Shown piece after piece: positions 52,505-64,000 of a stretch of DNA of 64,000 nt. This stretch comes from Chiloscyllium plagiosum. Taxonomy: Eukaryota. The stretch is taken from assembly GCF_004010195.1 (NCBI RefSeq), contig NC_057718.1, forward strand, positions 68,914,918 through 68,978,917, given 5' to 3'. The stretch's first letter is position 1. Each line of letters opens with the position of its first letter. A program made the translations under genes and the position numbers. The notes under the pieces are model-generated. The model saw only the letters and a program-made list of their open reading frames with translations. It did no database searches and was not told the origin of the DNA.

Positions 52505-52663
52505 GGAAGAAATGTTTTCTCCCATGACTATGTATTCTGGTGTGGAGATTCAAACTTCCGCCTTGATCTTCCACATGAAGAAGTCCTTCACCACATTAAA
52601 GGACAGGACTGGAAAACTCTTCAGGCCTATGACCAATTGCAACATCAGAAGACTGAGAATAAA
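52505..52663 (+). CDS. SYNJ2: SYNJ2 exon with 5-phosphatase motif 1, [21 protein letters not shown]...YDQLQHQK
   Basis: gacAG / GTGAGT; 159 nt, phase 0-0. Confidence 0.95.
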
Positions 52664-52854
52664 GTGAGTTAAAAAAAAACAAAGAGAAGTAAGAAAAAGT
52701 AATTTATTTTCCCAGGGCAGTATTTTTATCCTTTGTAACAGTCATTGCTCATAGATAAAAACTGAAATTGCTGAAAAAGCTCAGCAAGTCTGGTAGCTTT
52801 TGTGGAAAGAAATCAGAGTTAACATTTTGAGTTGAGTGACCCTTTCTCAGCAAC

Positions 52855-52929
52855 TTCTCGATGGCATAGTGGTTAGTATCCCCCCCCTCCGTCACATGGG
52901 AGACCAGGGTTTAGTTCTCTGACAAGGAG
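52855..52929 (+). pseudogene. tRNA-Asp(GTC)-derived pseudogene
   Basis: TTCTCGATGGCATAGTGGTTAGTATCCCC..GTCACATGGGAGACCAGGGTTTAGTTCTCTGACAAGGAG is colinear with vertebrate tRNA-Asp TCCTCGTTAGTATAGTGGTGAGTATCCCC..GTCACGCGGGAGACCGGGGTTCGATTCCCCGACGGGGAG; T-loop mutated. Confidence 0.75.
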
Positions 52930-52980
52930 TGCGTGCTATATCTGAGCTTGGCTATGTGTCTGTAAGGTCACGTTCATTTG

Positions 52981-53650
52981 TGGCACAATAGCTCAGTGGT
53001 TAGCACTGCTGCTTCACAGTGCCAAGGACCCTGGTTCGATTTCAGCCTTGTGTGATTGTCTGTCAGGGAGTTTGCACATTCTCCTTGTGTCTGTGTGTGA
53101 GTTTCCTCCAGCTGCTCCATAGTCCAAAGATATGCATGTTAGGTGGATTGGCCATGCTAACTGCCCAGTAAAATCCAGGGATGAGCAGCTTAAGTGGGTT
53201 GGCCTTGTTAAATGCAAGGTTACAGGAATGGGTTGGGGACGTGGGTCTGGGTGGGATCGTCTTTGGAGGATCGGTGCAGACCCGATGGACCGAACTTCCT
53301 CTTTCCACACTGTAGGGATTCTGTGATTTTGGGGGCAGCCTGGTAGCTCGGTGGTTAGCACTGCTGCCTCACAGTGCCAAAGACCTGGGTTCAATTCTAG
53401 CCTCAGCAACTGTCTCTGTGGAGTTTGCACGTTCTCCCCGTGTCTGTGTGGGTTTCCTCCTGGTGCTCTGGTTTCCTCCCACAGTGCAAAGATGTGCAAG
53501 TTAGGTGGGTTGGCCGAGCTAAGTTACCCATAGTGTCCAGGGATGTGCAGGCTTGGTGGATTAGTCATGATAAATAAGGGGTTAGGGGATAGGATGCTCT
53601 TCGATTGGCTGAACGACCTCTAAATGCATTGCAGGGATTCTATGATTCTA
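52981..53650 (+). mobile_element. Two tandem HE1-like V-SINEs (52981-53327 and 53332-53650)
   Basis: Two tRNA-like heads each followed by V-domain and tail. Confidence 0.85.
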
Positions 53651-54268
53651 GGAAACAGCAGGATGCGTGATTCCTCCTTGATTTATAATGATAACCTAGT
53701 AAAATGTATTTGTAACTTAATACAAAAACGTATGTGCCCCAATGTCTGATTTTATGTTATGAGGAGGAGTACATTATCAAGGGTTATTTGCAATGTATCT
53801 GTGCTCTTGGTTTTAGCGAGTGAATTCAAGTCTAATATTTCTACAAGTATGTATTTGTTGCTTACTGCCACTGTTATGAACAATTTTTGCACATTAATGC
53901 AAAAACCAGTTTCAGAAGGGGAAGTAGACGGGAGAATGTTCAAGGCCCATACATTAACTTGAGGATAGGTTCACGAACTTTATTTTGAATGATTGGAGGA
54001 TTTTTTTTCTGGATTTTGCATTTCCAAGCTTTTCAGTGATGCACATGATGTGATGTCAAATTGATAATTTATGGGTGTAATACAAAAATGAAATATGGGG
54101 ATTCCAGGAGATATTAACATGAACTCACATAAGGCAAGGCCATCGTACAGATTCGAGCTCCCTGTATTTGTGGCTTGGTGCAGTCAGGAGTGTTGGAGGA
54201 AGGAAGCTGCTAAAGTCAAGTGATACAAAGGTGTCTGAAAGAATGAGGAGCAAGAACGTTATACCCAA

Positions 54269-54480
54269 CAAAAGCAGAAGTTGCTGGAAAAGCTCAGCAG
54301 GTCTGGCAGCATTTGTAAGGAGAAATCAGAGTTAACGTTTCAGGTCCAGGGACCCCTTTCTTAGGTCACCGGATCTGAAACATTAACTCTGGTTTCTCTT
54401 CACAGATGCTGCCAGACCTGCTAAGCTTTTCCAGCAACTTCTGTTTTTGTTTCTGATTTACAGCATCTGCAGTTCTTTCG
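54269..54480. mobile_element. Fold-back PLE pLTR (family E)
   Basis: Inverted arms; TSD GAACGTTATACCCAA / GAAGATTATACCCAA. Confidence 0.8.
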
Positions 54481-54918
54481 GAAGATTATACCCAAGTTTG
54501 GGTTCAACACAGAAGCAGCTTGATGATGTAACCAGCTTCTATGTTCTGTCCACTATTTATCCCGTGTCAGCATGCTCTTTTACTTGCTTCATTATGAGAC
54601 CCATAAAGCAAGTGTGCAATGGGTGTAGACATGGCCATAGGATTGGTTTGTTCAATGCTTTGGGGAAGTGCTAGTGATATGGAAGCTAACTAAAGAATTC
54701 ATTACATATGAACAAGGAACAAGAGTTGGCCGTTCAAGACTGCTCTGCCATTCAATAAGATCATAACTGATTTGATTTTAACCTCAATTCTATATTCCTG
54801 CACATTCCTGAAAATTTTTTATTCCTTTCGTGATCATGAATCTATCTATCTCAGTCTGAAAAGTACTGTATTTAAAAATTCTGCATCCACTTCCTTTTGA
54901 GGAAGGGAGTTCCAAATA

Positions 54919-55601
54919 CAAAGTAACCTTGATTATCCGAATGAGATGGGTGGGTGCTATTTTGTTCGGATAATTGATTATTCGGTTAATCGATTCAATG
55001 CATTTCCTCTGGGGCTCTGAGTTTCCTGTGAAGTCTGCTTTCTGTTCAGGAGATAAGGTAGCATCACAGCGCATGCAAGACTGTCCAACACCGCTCCCCC
55101 TGCCCCCTAAACACCCCGTCCAACACCGCCCACTGCCTGCCCCTAACACCCCTCCGCCCAGTCCCGCCCACTCTCCAGGGCAGCTGGACTGGACACCAAG
55201 ACTGCTGCTGCTGCTGCCTTTTGTGGGGTGGTCTCCAAATAGCGCGCGCGCATGCACATAACCTTTTACTGCAGCACTTTGACCGATTCCACCTTTGCCC
55301 TGTACAGGGCAATGTTAGAGAGATTATCTGGGGAAGGGGAGTTTAGGGTACACCCCTGTGTAGAATTCCAGGGAAAATGTAGGGAGAGAGAGGGGGGCGG
55401 GAGGTCAGTCATTTAGAGATGGTGCCTGCGCTCCCATCAGTCCAGGACTGTTCTTGGCAGGACTTTTAATCACTGTAAACAAAAGACGCGACCTGTGTTG
55501 GACACATGTCTTTGATGTAATGTTTCTGTCGGAACCTCGAGATATCCTTCTGATAATCCGATTTTTGGATAATTGGTATTTGGATAATTGAGGTTCCTTT
55601 G
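54919..55601. mobile_element. Tigger/pogo-like MITE inserted at TA in a LINE 3' remnant
   Basis: TA|CAAAGTAACCTTGATTATCCGAA ... TTGGATAATTGAGGTTCCTTTG|TA. Confidence 0.75.
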
Positions 55602-56684
55602 TACACTCATCTCTGAGAAAAAGAATGTTCCCTCATCTGTCTTAAATGGACGACCACCAGTTCAAGATTCTCCCACAGGCGTAAATATCTTTTTGACTTC
55701 CACCTGGTAGAGTCCCCTCTGTTTATATGTTTCAATTAAGTCACTTCTGACTCTTCTAAACTCCAGAGGAAAAAACCTTGTTCTGTCTAGTCTTGTCTCA
55801 AAAGACAATCTACTTAGTCCAGTTATTAGTCTAATAAACCTTCTATGAACTGCTTCAAATGTATTAACATTTTTCTGTAAATAGGGTGAAATCAGTATTG
55901 TACTGGTACTCCAAATACAATCTCACCAATGTCTCATACAACTGAAGCATAATTTCCTTACTCTTGCATTCAATTCTCCCATAATAAAACATAATATTCT
56001 ATTAGCTCTTCTGATTACTATCTGTATCTACATGCTATCCTTCTACAATTCTCATACTAGGACACCCAGTTCTCTCTGCATCTTAGAGCTCTGCAGCTTT
56101 TTAATCACTTGGATGATATGTTTCATTTTTTTCTTACTGCCAAAATGGATTTTATACTCCATTTACCAGATCTTACCCACTTAAGGAGATTATCAAAAGA
56201 TATAAATAAGTTATGTTCTCTTTACACCTCACTTTCCTGCCAAATTTCATGTCATCAGCAAATTTACTGCCATACCCTATCTTACCATTGCTCTATAGTT
56301 CTGTTTCATGCCCCCAGGACCCATAACACTGGAGTGGAAGAAAGTCAATCTTAATCCCAAGTGATTGCCTACTAAGAAGATTGCTCAGTGTCAATCTCCT
56401 TCTCCACTTTAATGTTCTCACTGTCAGAAGATATCTGATGAACATCTTTGTAAATGTGTGCAGCTCCAATCATTTTGGCTGTGCAGTACCATGCAGGAGC
56501 TGCTAAGATTCTTTAGGAGCTTGCTGATGAGTATGGAAAAACCCTAGAGACCTCACTGGGAATCTGAAGTGCAGTCCTGATACATGAATTTGCTCAGTTA
56601 ACCCACCTGGATGGTCCTATGGCTTTCATCAGAATGTTTATGCAATTCACTTGTGTGTCTTCTTGTCTGGTTCAATCCATGTGT

Positions 56685-58840
56685 TTCCCAACCGGAAACC
56701 TTGGGTGAACCATGGGGAAGTCCACTGCTTACTGAAGACCAGGCATGTAGCATTCAAGTCAGATAACCCAGACCTATACATGAAATCCAGGTATGACCCT
56801 CCAGGCCATTAGAAATGTCATGAGGAATACCCGACCAAGCTAGAGGCCCAAACTAACCATACGGACACCGTATGGCAAGGCCTACACAGCATAACGGGAT
56901 ACAAAATGAAGCAGAACAAAATAGCAGACAAAACTACATCCCCTCCCTGATGCACTCAATGCTTTCTCTGCTCGGTTTGAGCAGATTGCCAGTGGCACGG
57001 TGTCACCTGTCCCGACAGGCCAGGACACACTTGTTCCCCCATCACCGCTGCAGAGGTCAGATCAGTCTTCCTTGACAGTAAACCCAAGGAAAGCGACTGG
57101 CCCAGACAGAGTCCCCGGCTATATATTTATCTCCTGTGTGGACCAGCAGGTGGAGGTATTTGCTGACATTTTCACCCTCTCCTTGCTGCAATGTGTAGTC
57201 CCCATCTGCTTCAAGAACACAGCTACCATTCCAGTATAAAGAAAACACATGCAACATGCTTCAACAACTACTGCCCAGTGGCTCTGACATCCATAATCAT
57301 GAAGTGCTTCGAGAGGCTGGTCATAGCCCTCACCAACTCTATTCTCCCAACCTGCCTCGATCCCCTGCAATTTCCTAGTGGCAAACAGGACATAATTTCT
57401 TCAGCCCTACACTCATCACTGGAACATCTGGATAGCAAGGACACCGTGTGGCTCGTACTGATCGACTACAGCTCCACCTTCAACATCATAATCCCTACCA
57501 GACTAATCTCAAAACTCCAAGACCTAGGTCTCAGCTCCGCTGTCATCAACTGGATCCTCAGCTTCCTGACTGCAGACTGCAATCAGCGAAGATAGACAAC
57601 AGCACTTCCTCCATGATAATCCTCAACACTGGCACTGGCAAGAATGTTTTCTCAGCCCCCGACTGTACTCGCTGTACACCCATGACTGTGTAGAATAATT
57701 CCACATGAACACCATCTGCAGATTTGCTGATGACACCACCTTGGTGGCTGGATATCAAACAACAATGAGTCAGAATTCAGGAAGATGTAGAGGTCTTGGT
57801 GCAATGACAACAATCTCTGTCAATGTTGGCAAAACAAAATAACTGATCATTGACTTCGGGAAAGAAGAAGAGGACAAGCACCTATCAATGTCAACAGAGC
57901 TGAGGTGGAGAGGGTTGACAGTGTAAAGTTCCTGGGAGTGACAATAACCAATAATCTGTCCTAGTCCTCCCAACATTTGCAAATGCACCATAGAAAGCAT
58001 ACTACTCGCATGCATAACAGCCTGGTACAGAAACTGCTGTGCCCAGAACCGTAAGAAACTGCAGAAAATTGTGTGCACAGCCCAGACCATCACAGAAGCC
58101 AACCTTCCATCATGGATTCCATTTACTCTTATTGCTGCAAAAAGGTTGCCAACATCAAAGACCCCTCCCACCCCCCCGTAAAGCTCTCATACAACCTCTT
58201 CTCTTGGGCAGAAGATACTGAAGCTTGAATACAGAAGAACCTTGATTATCAAAAGGACACAGGCGGAGAGTATTTCATTTGTTTAGTCGAATTCCGGATA
58301 ATCGAATGCCGAATATCGGTTTATCTGGCAAGATCGCAAGGTCCCGATGCTCAGCCAAACTATGTTATCCGGCATTCGATTATCCAAACCGTAAAGCTCT
58401 CGTACAACCTCTTCTCTTGGGCAGAAGATACTGAAGCTTGAATATAGAAGAACCTTGATTATCCAAAGGACACAGGCGGAGAGTATTTCGTTTGTTTAGT
58501 CGAATTCCGGATAATCGAATGCCGAATATCGGTTTATCTGGCAAGATCACAAGGTCCCGATGCTCAGCCAAACTATGTTATCCGGCATTCGATTATCCAA
58601 ATAATCAAGGTTCCTCTGTACATACAGTAATTGCTGTTATTAGACTGCTGAATGGACCTCTCAACTTTGAATAACATTGATCTTGCTTTGTGCACCTCCA
58701 GTGCAGCTGGAACCTTGTATACCTCGCTCTGTCTAAGCACCCTGTGATCTGTATGTCCTTGTTTGCTATGATCTGCCTGCACAGCTTGCAAAATAAAACT
58801 TTGCACTGTACGTAGGTAAGTGTGACTACAATACATCAAA
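56685..58840 (+). mobile_element. Rex1/Babar-like LINE (decayed RT to 3' end)
   Basis: KATGPDRVPG..DQ..VFADIFTLSL; NNYCPVALTSIIMKCFERLV; IDYSSTFNII; FADDTT; AATAAA-containing 3' end. Confidence 0.75.
58231..58618. mobile_element. Tigger-like MITE overlapped by a 213-bp tandem duplication (58176-58388 and 58389-58601)
   Basis: TA|CAGAAGAACCTTGATTATC ... ATAATCAAGGTTCCTCTG|TA. Confidence 0.8.
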
Positions 58841-58929
58841 TTTAAGTTGTTTATAAGTCAATGACCAACTCCTTATTTCTGCCACCTGATCCAAATTGCT
58901 TTGTAATGCTGGAGTGCTGGATTGTTTTT

Positions 58930-59570
58930 TAATTTACTCGTGAGACATGGGTGTAGCTGGCTGGACCAGCATTTATTGTCCATCCATATTTATATAGTGG
59001 TGGTGAACTGCTGCTTTGAACTGCTGAAGTCCATGCGTTGCAGGTACACCCACAATGCCAGGATTTTGACCCAGGGACACTGAGGGAACAGCGGTATATT
59101 TCTAAGTGAGGATGGTGAATAGATTGGAGGGGAACTTGCAAATATATATTCCCACATATCTGCTGTTCTTGTCCTTCTAGATGGGAGTGGTCATGAGTTC
59201 TGAATATACTGTCTCAGGATTTTTGGCAAATTTCTACAGTGTATCTTGTAGATATTACACATTGCTGCTACAGAGTGTTGGTGGTGAAGGGAGTGCAAGT
59301 TTGTGGTTATGGTGCCAATCAAGCAGACTGTTTTGTCCTGTTTGCTATCAAGCTTCTTGAGTGCTGTTGGATCTGCAAGTAGAGAGTATTCCTGCACACT
59401 CCTGATTTGCAGATGGTGGACAGGCTTTGGGAAGTCAGGATATGAGTTACTTGATGCTGCATTCCTAACCTTCCTGGCAAATTAATTTGAGTTTCCGATT
59501 AATGGTAATCTGAGAATGTTGATAGCGGGAATGTCAAGGGGCAGTGGCTATCTTGTCTCTTATTGGAGAC
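58930..59570 (-). mobile_element. CR1/L2-group LINE 3' fragment (same family as 50015-52110)
   Basis: LKKLDSKQDKTVCLIG..LHSLHHQHSVAAMCNIYK. Confidence 0.7.
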
Positions 59571-61412
59571 ATTAAACATGATGAAGACATCGGAACTGCT
59601 CCCAGGGAGTATACTGCGATTTTGCATGAATTATCACAACTGTAATGGGAGGAATATGCTGATAATTAAGTCCCAATAAAGTACTCTTTAAAGAGAGTAC
59701 TGCTGTCATTAGTGCTACTATCAAGTATAAAAGGAATGTCACTAGGCTTCTTTAATTAACTTAAGACATATTTATTAGTAACAAAACCTATTCTCACTAA
59801 ATTGGAGATAACTACTCATTAACATCTAAGGTATGATCCTCAGTTAAAACTGTAATGTCCTTCATCCCACAGACATGCACTTTCTCACATGAAAATGATA
59901 TGTCTTTACAAAGATAGTATTAAAAAGGCAAAAGAGTTAAAAAAAATCCTATGGTCCAAAGTCTAGAAATAAACAATAAAATGTGATAACTCCTCAAGTC
60001 TGCTGAAATTTTCTGTTGACAAAGCTGAATCACTGACAGTTGTACCTTGATGATAACTATTCAGTCTGAGTCCAAGCAACTTGGGTTTGAGTTGTTGCAA
60101 ATGATCAGCTCGTAGTACTTAAAAAATATTAGCTTTTGAAAACTCTATTAGGTTCCCAGTAGTGATTTCCGAGGAACCAGACTTTAGGAGAGAGGTTGTG
60201 ATTTCAGGGGTGCCTTCTCGACTTACTGATTCTGGGTTTGAAAAACAGAATTCTAAAACCAGAGAAAGTTGATAGGCCACATTTAGCATAGACCCTAACC
60301 CCCTCAAAACACCTCTCAAAACCAGTTTTCTTGTACTCCAGTAGCTATATAATAAACCTAACTTGTTATTTCCTTGCTTTGCTCAGCTACTTCTGCGAAA
60401 TCATTTGTTTCCAGAAAATTCCAGGTGCCTTACAATATATAATAAACGTTTGACATTAGAAATGGGAGGTGGGTGCCCACCCATGAACTGTTGAACCCAT
60501 TTCCAAGAAATCACATGCTCAATGTTCAGTTCAGAAATTGTCCAAGTAATTCACGCTTACTTTGATGTTGTCCTTAAATTATATTCCCAATACAAACTCC
60601 TCTTGTCGTTGCATACCAGCTGTGCATTGTTAGAATGTTAATGAGACCCCCATTAATTTGGTAGTCGTTGGATTGTCGCAAGCATGCAATTGATAATGCC
60701 CTGTACTTGTGGGAAGCCAGTCAGGATGTAATATGACTACCAATCCATTCTTGCTATTGTAGAGGGAGTTAGTAAAGACTCACTTCCTGCCAAGCAACCC
60801 ACCTGTAACACGCCTCCTATGTCTACACGCAACAACTTCGAGACCCTTGAAATAGCAACTTAGGTGAAGATTTTACTGGGTTCTGTGCTTTGGCTGATAG
60901 CCAGGAGAGTGTCAGGGCATGGATGGATAACAACAAGTGGGGAGTTGGCAAATCCAACACTTTGCCACCCCTATTGCATTTTAACAGCGTTGGGAAAGTT
61001 GGCACTTCTGCCCATTAGCCAATTGAAAGCCTTAAATTGCTAATCTAGTGTCATTTAAGAATCTTCCAGTGCTGCTGGTTGGCATTTTGTGATATGGTGA
61101 GACAGCCTGGTAAATTACTAGTTTAAGAGATGAGTTACCCTGTGATGTGAACTCTATCCACCTGCCTTGGACACTAATCTTTTTATACCTCAGGCTAATA
61201 AAAGTCTAACGGTCTTAAATTTAACATTATTAATTCTGCTTACATCTACTGTCTTTTGTGGGAGAACATTCCACACCTCCAGTACTCTGTGCTTGGGCTT
61301 GATCTGAGGTTATGTCACCTTGTCCTGTCTCTCCATCAGAAAAGGTTTCTAATAACCTTTCAAAATCCTAAAAATGTCAACCAAGTCATCCTCTGGACTG
61401 TTGCAAATATAA

Positions 61413-61561
61413 ACTGAAAATGTGTTGCTGGAAAAGCGCAGCAGGTCAGGCAGCATCCAAGGAACAGGAGAATCGACGTTTCGGACATAAGCCCGTCTTC
61501 AGCCCTTTCCAGCAACACATTTTCAGCTCTGATCTCCAGCATCTGCAGCCCTCACTTTCTC
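61413..61561. mobile_element. Fold-back PLE pLTR (family A)
   Basis: TSD CTGTTGCAAATATAA / CTGTTACAAATATAA. Confidence 0.85.
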
Positions 61562-62135
61562 CTGTTACAAATATAAGCCTGAGTTATGAAATCTCTCCTC
61601 ATATTCTAATCTTTGAACCCTGATGTTACCTTAGCGAATTTATGCTGCTCTCCTACAGAGTCAATGTATACTTTCTAAGGTGCTGTGCTCAGATTCATAG
61701 CCAGTTCTCTGAAAGTGGTTTATCTAGGGCTTTGTTTAATTAAGATAAGTCTTTTGCCTTTGGTAATCCAACCCTTTTATTATAAAGGCTAAAGTTCAAT
61801 TAGCTTTTTTGATTATTTGTTCTTCCACTGTTTTTAGCTTCTTAGCATTTCAAAGTTATTTAATATCCACTGTTTTTGCTGCAACATCTGTCTTGAAATG
61901 TATCAGTGGCTTCCAGATTATTTCTTCATTCCAAAGATGTTTAAGTATGAATGAACTTTACATTCTGTGGGGAAAGTGTGCAATGCAATGAAACAGCTGA
62001 ACAGTTATCAGCTTTTCTAATAAAATCCATTAGTTATGCTGAGAGAACTTCCTTGAATCATTCAAGAAGAATTATTTTTGAAAACTTTATTGTTTACAAT
62101 GTTAATGTTTTTATTAATTTGCATTTTTAATTTAG

Positions 62136-62292
62136 ATTTTCAAAGATTTCTTTGAAGGTACCATCAATTTTGCTCCAACATACAAATATGATGTGGGCAC
62201 AGATGTTTATGACACCAGTGACAAATGCAGAACTCCTGCTTGGACAGATCGAGTGCTGTTGTGGAGAAAAAATTGGTCCTGTGATACATTTG
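62136..62292 (+). CDS. SYNJ2: SYNJ2 exon with 5-phosphatase motif 2, [19 protein letters not shown]...[13 protein letters not shown]
   Basis: tttAG / GTATGA; 157 nt, phase 0 to 1. Confidence 0.95.
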
Positions 62293-62478
62293 GTATGATA
62301 AAATTGAAATATTAATCTAATATTTAAATAGATTAAATATTATCTAAATATTAATATTAAACTAAAATTGTTTAATATCTAAAGAAGTAACTGTTGTAAT
62401 AGTCATATCTTTTAATGTTGTCATGATTTTTAAGCGACAAGGTAGTTGCCTTCAGAAGATAGAGCCAATTTACCTATG

Positions 62479-63950
62479 CAGGGAATCCTCACTGTTCATA
62501 GGAGGTACATTTCGGAAAATCTGATGAATAGTCAGATTTAGACACCAGATGAATAATGTAATTAAGGGGGTGGGCTATGTCAGGGCGAATTCTTTAAGTT
62601 GCCTTTGTTTGGATAATCAAGGACTTTTATTCTGTTAATTATTCATCTTCATGTACTGTACACAAAACATACAGGCTTTTAAACAGTTTTAAACATGTTT
62701 ACTTTAATTCTTACCTTGGAAAAGTGACTGTTTGGCTTGCTGGGAGCAAGTGTTATTTCTGCATTTATGTCTTTTTACCTGTCATCTTCATTTAGAGGCC
62801 TGACAGTCCTGGTTTTTCCCAAGACTGGTTTGACTTGAGAAGGTTTAAGAGTTGTTACTCTTTTAAAGAAAATGTCTAGAATTGACTGTTTTGCTTCACA
62901 CAACTTGGCATCGTAAATCTATTGATAACATGACAAGCTGTCATTAACAAACCGTGGTACTTTGGCTGATTGATCTGCCAGATGATCATGACATCCAAGA
63001 ATATTCAGGGCCTCATCATTGTGCCTGAAAGCATCTTACAGACCCTTTGTGATCAGGTCTTTTTCATGTTCTAGTGGTCCATTATCACCTGCATCATCTT
63101 AAGTCTCTTCACACAATGCTTGTGAATCCATCTCTACCAGGTCCGCATTACTGAGTGGCTTGGAATGGGACTTGAGTAAGTGTGCAACATCATTCTTTCC
63201 TCCCTCAAGGCCCACCTAATGTCCCAGATTTACTAACTCACTATGAATGGTGGTCAGTTCGTTGCCAACCTAGTAGTTCACTGCCGCTGGGAATGACTTC
63301 TTCCATTCACTGTTCATGTGATGAAGCAGAACTTTGTCCTATACAGTACCAGTGACGTTCACAGCATCCATGATGTTAAATTGCTTCCGGATGGCTTGGA
63401 CAGATGGCATCCCTTCATCAGTTTTATTGTTGTGAGTCCAGAAAGTCTTACAGAGATGGTAGACTTTAAATCTCACTCTGATTCTCTCGTCCATTGGCTG
63501 TATGATGGATGCGATTTACAAAGGTAGGAACATGATTTGGGCATTTGGACAAAGGATCTCATAGTCCAAATTGTGAGCAATGGCATTGTCCAAAATGAGA
63601 AGAATCTTAAATGTCAAAATTTCCTTGGCAAAATAGTACTTCATCTTAGTACAAAGTAGTCCATGGACCCAGTCATGTAATAGCTGCCTTATTATCCATG
63701 CCCTATGGTGCAATTTGCAGGTGATGGGCAGACATGATTTTTTTAATTGTACGTGGGTTTTCACCATGACAAGTGATCATAGGTTTCAGCTTCTTGTCAC
63801 CTTTTGCAATGCTGCCTGGCAACAGAGTGAGACGTCTGTTCAGAGCCTTAAAACTAGAAGCACTTTTCTCATTAATAGCACTATAGGTCCTTGATAGCAT
63901 TCATATCAGTATAGACTCATCTCATCTGCATGGGAAATTTGACGAGCATC
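62479..63950 (-). mobile_element. Decayed Tigger/pogo (TIGD1-like) DNA transposon
   Basis: SRTY..NEKSASSFKA..RLTLL..AKGDKKLKP..HGENPR and KILLILDNAIAH..FLP (DDE_1-like), frameshifted. Confidence 0.8.
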
Positions 63951-63952
63951 CT

Positions 63953-64000
63953 AGGATGGCATGGTGGCTCAGTGGTTAGCACTGCTGCCTCACAACACCA
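63953..64000 (+). mobile_element. V-SINE 5' head, cut by the window end
   Basis: GGCATGGTGGCTCAGTGGTTAGCACTGCTGCCTCAC. Confidence 0.8.

Noticed and set aside
54960..55400. GC-rich stretch as a CpG-island promoter, and its Pro-rich ORF
   Set aside because: It lies inside a TIR-bounded MITE; no protein similarity recognised.
58260..58610. Repeats with hairpins resembling a CRISPR-like array
   Set aside because: Eukaryotic MITE subterminal repeats plus one tandem duplication; no spacers or cas genes.
59641..60434. TGTAA...TTACA-bounded segment as a solo LTR
   Set aside because: No TSD and no second copy in the window, so it cannot be supported.
9936..62292. Assignment as SYNJ1 or as a pseudogene
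   Set aside because: Diagnostic segments ([42 protein letters not shown]) match SYNJ2, and all ten exons splice in frame with no stop.
62305..62385. AT-rich quasi-palindromic stretch after the last exon
   Set aside because: Low-complexity sequence; self-complementarity is expected by chance.

Overview
Eukaryotic (vertebrate) genomic DNA, most likely from a shark or other cartilaginous fish; this is inferred from HE1/V-SINE-like SINEs, CR1 LINEs and Penelope-like repeats. The window lies inside one + strand gene, synaptojanin-2 (SYNJ2). Ten internal coding exons (9936-62292, 1489 nt) splice GT-AG into one open frame covering the end of the Sac1 phosphatase domain (CLDCLDRT) and most of the inositol 5-phosphatase domain (GTWNV, GNKGAV, WCGDx[11 protein letters not shown]). 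The introns are mostly transposon debris: CR1/L2, a Rex1/Babar-like LINE, V-SINEs, Tigger/MITEs, Harbinger remnants and many Penelope-like elements (PLEs). The most striking hidden layer is about 20 minimal hammerhead-ribozyme motifs from 4-5 PLE families, many in fold-back insertions with 10-15 bp target-site duplications (TSDs). The top candidate is a 717-bp non-coding, TSD-flanked, retrozyme-like element (29850-30566). It has a 210-bp tandem unit and three hammerheads that all carry a compensatory U3:A8 core. Most ORFs in the supplied track are spurious or TE fragments. There are two assembly gaps. TE family names and long-TE boundaries are by-eye estimates.
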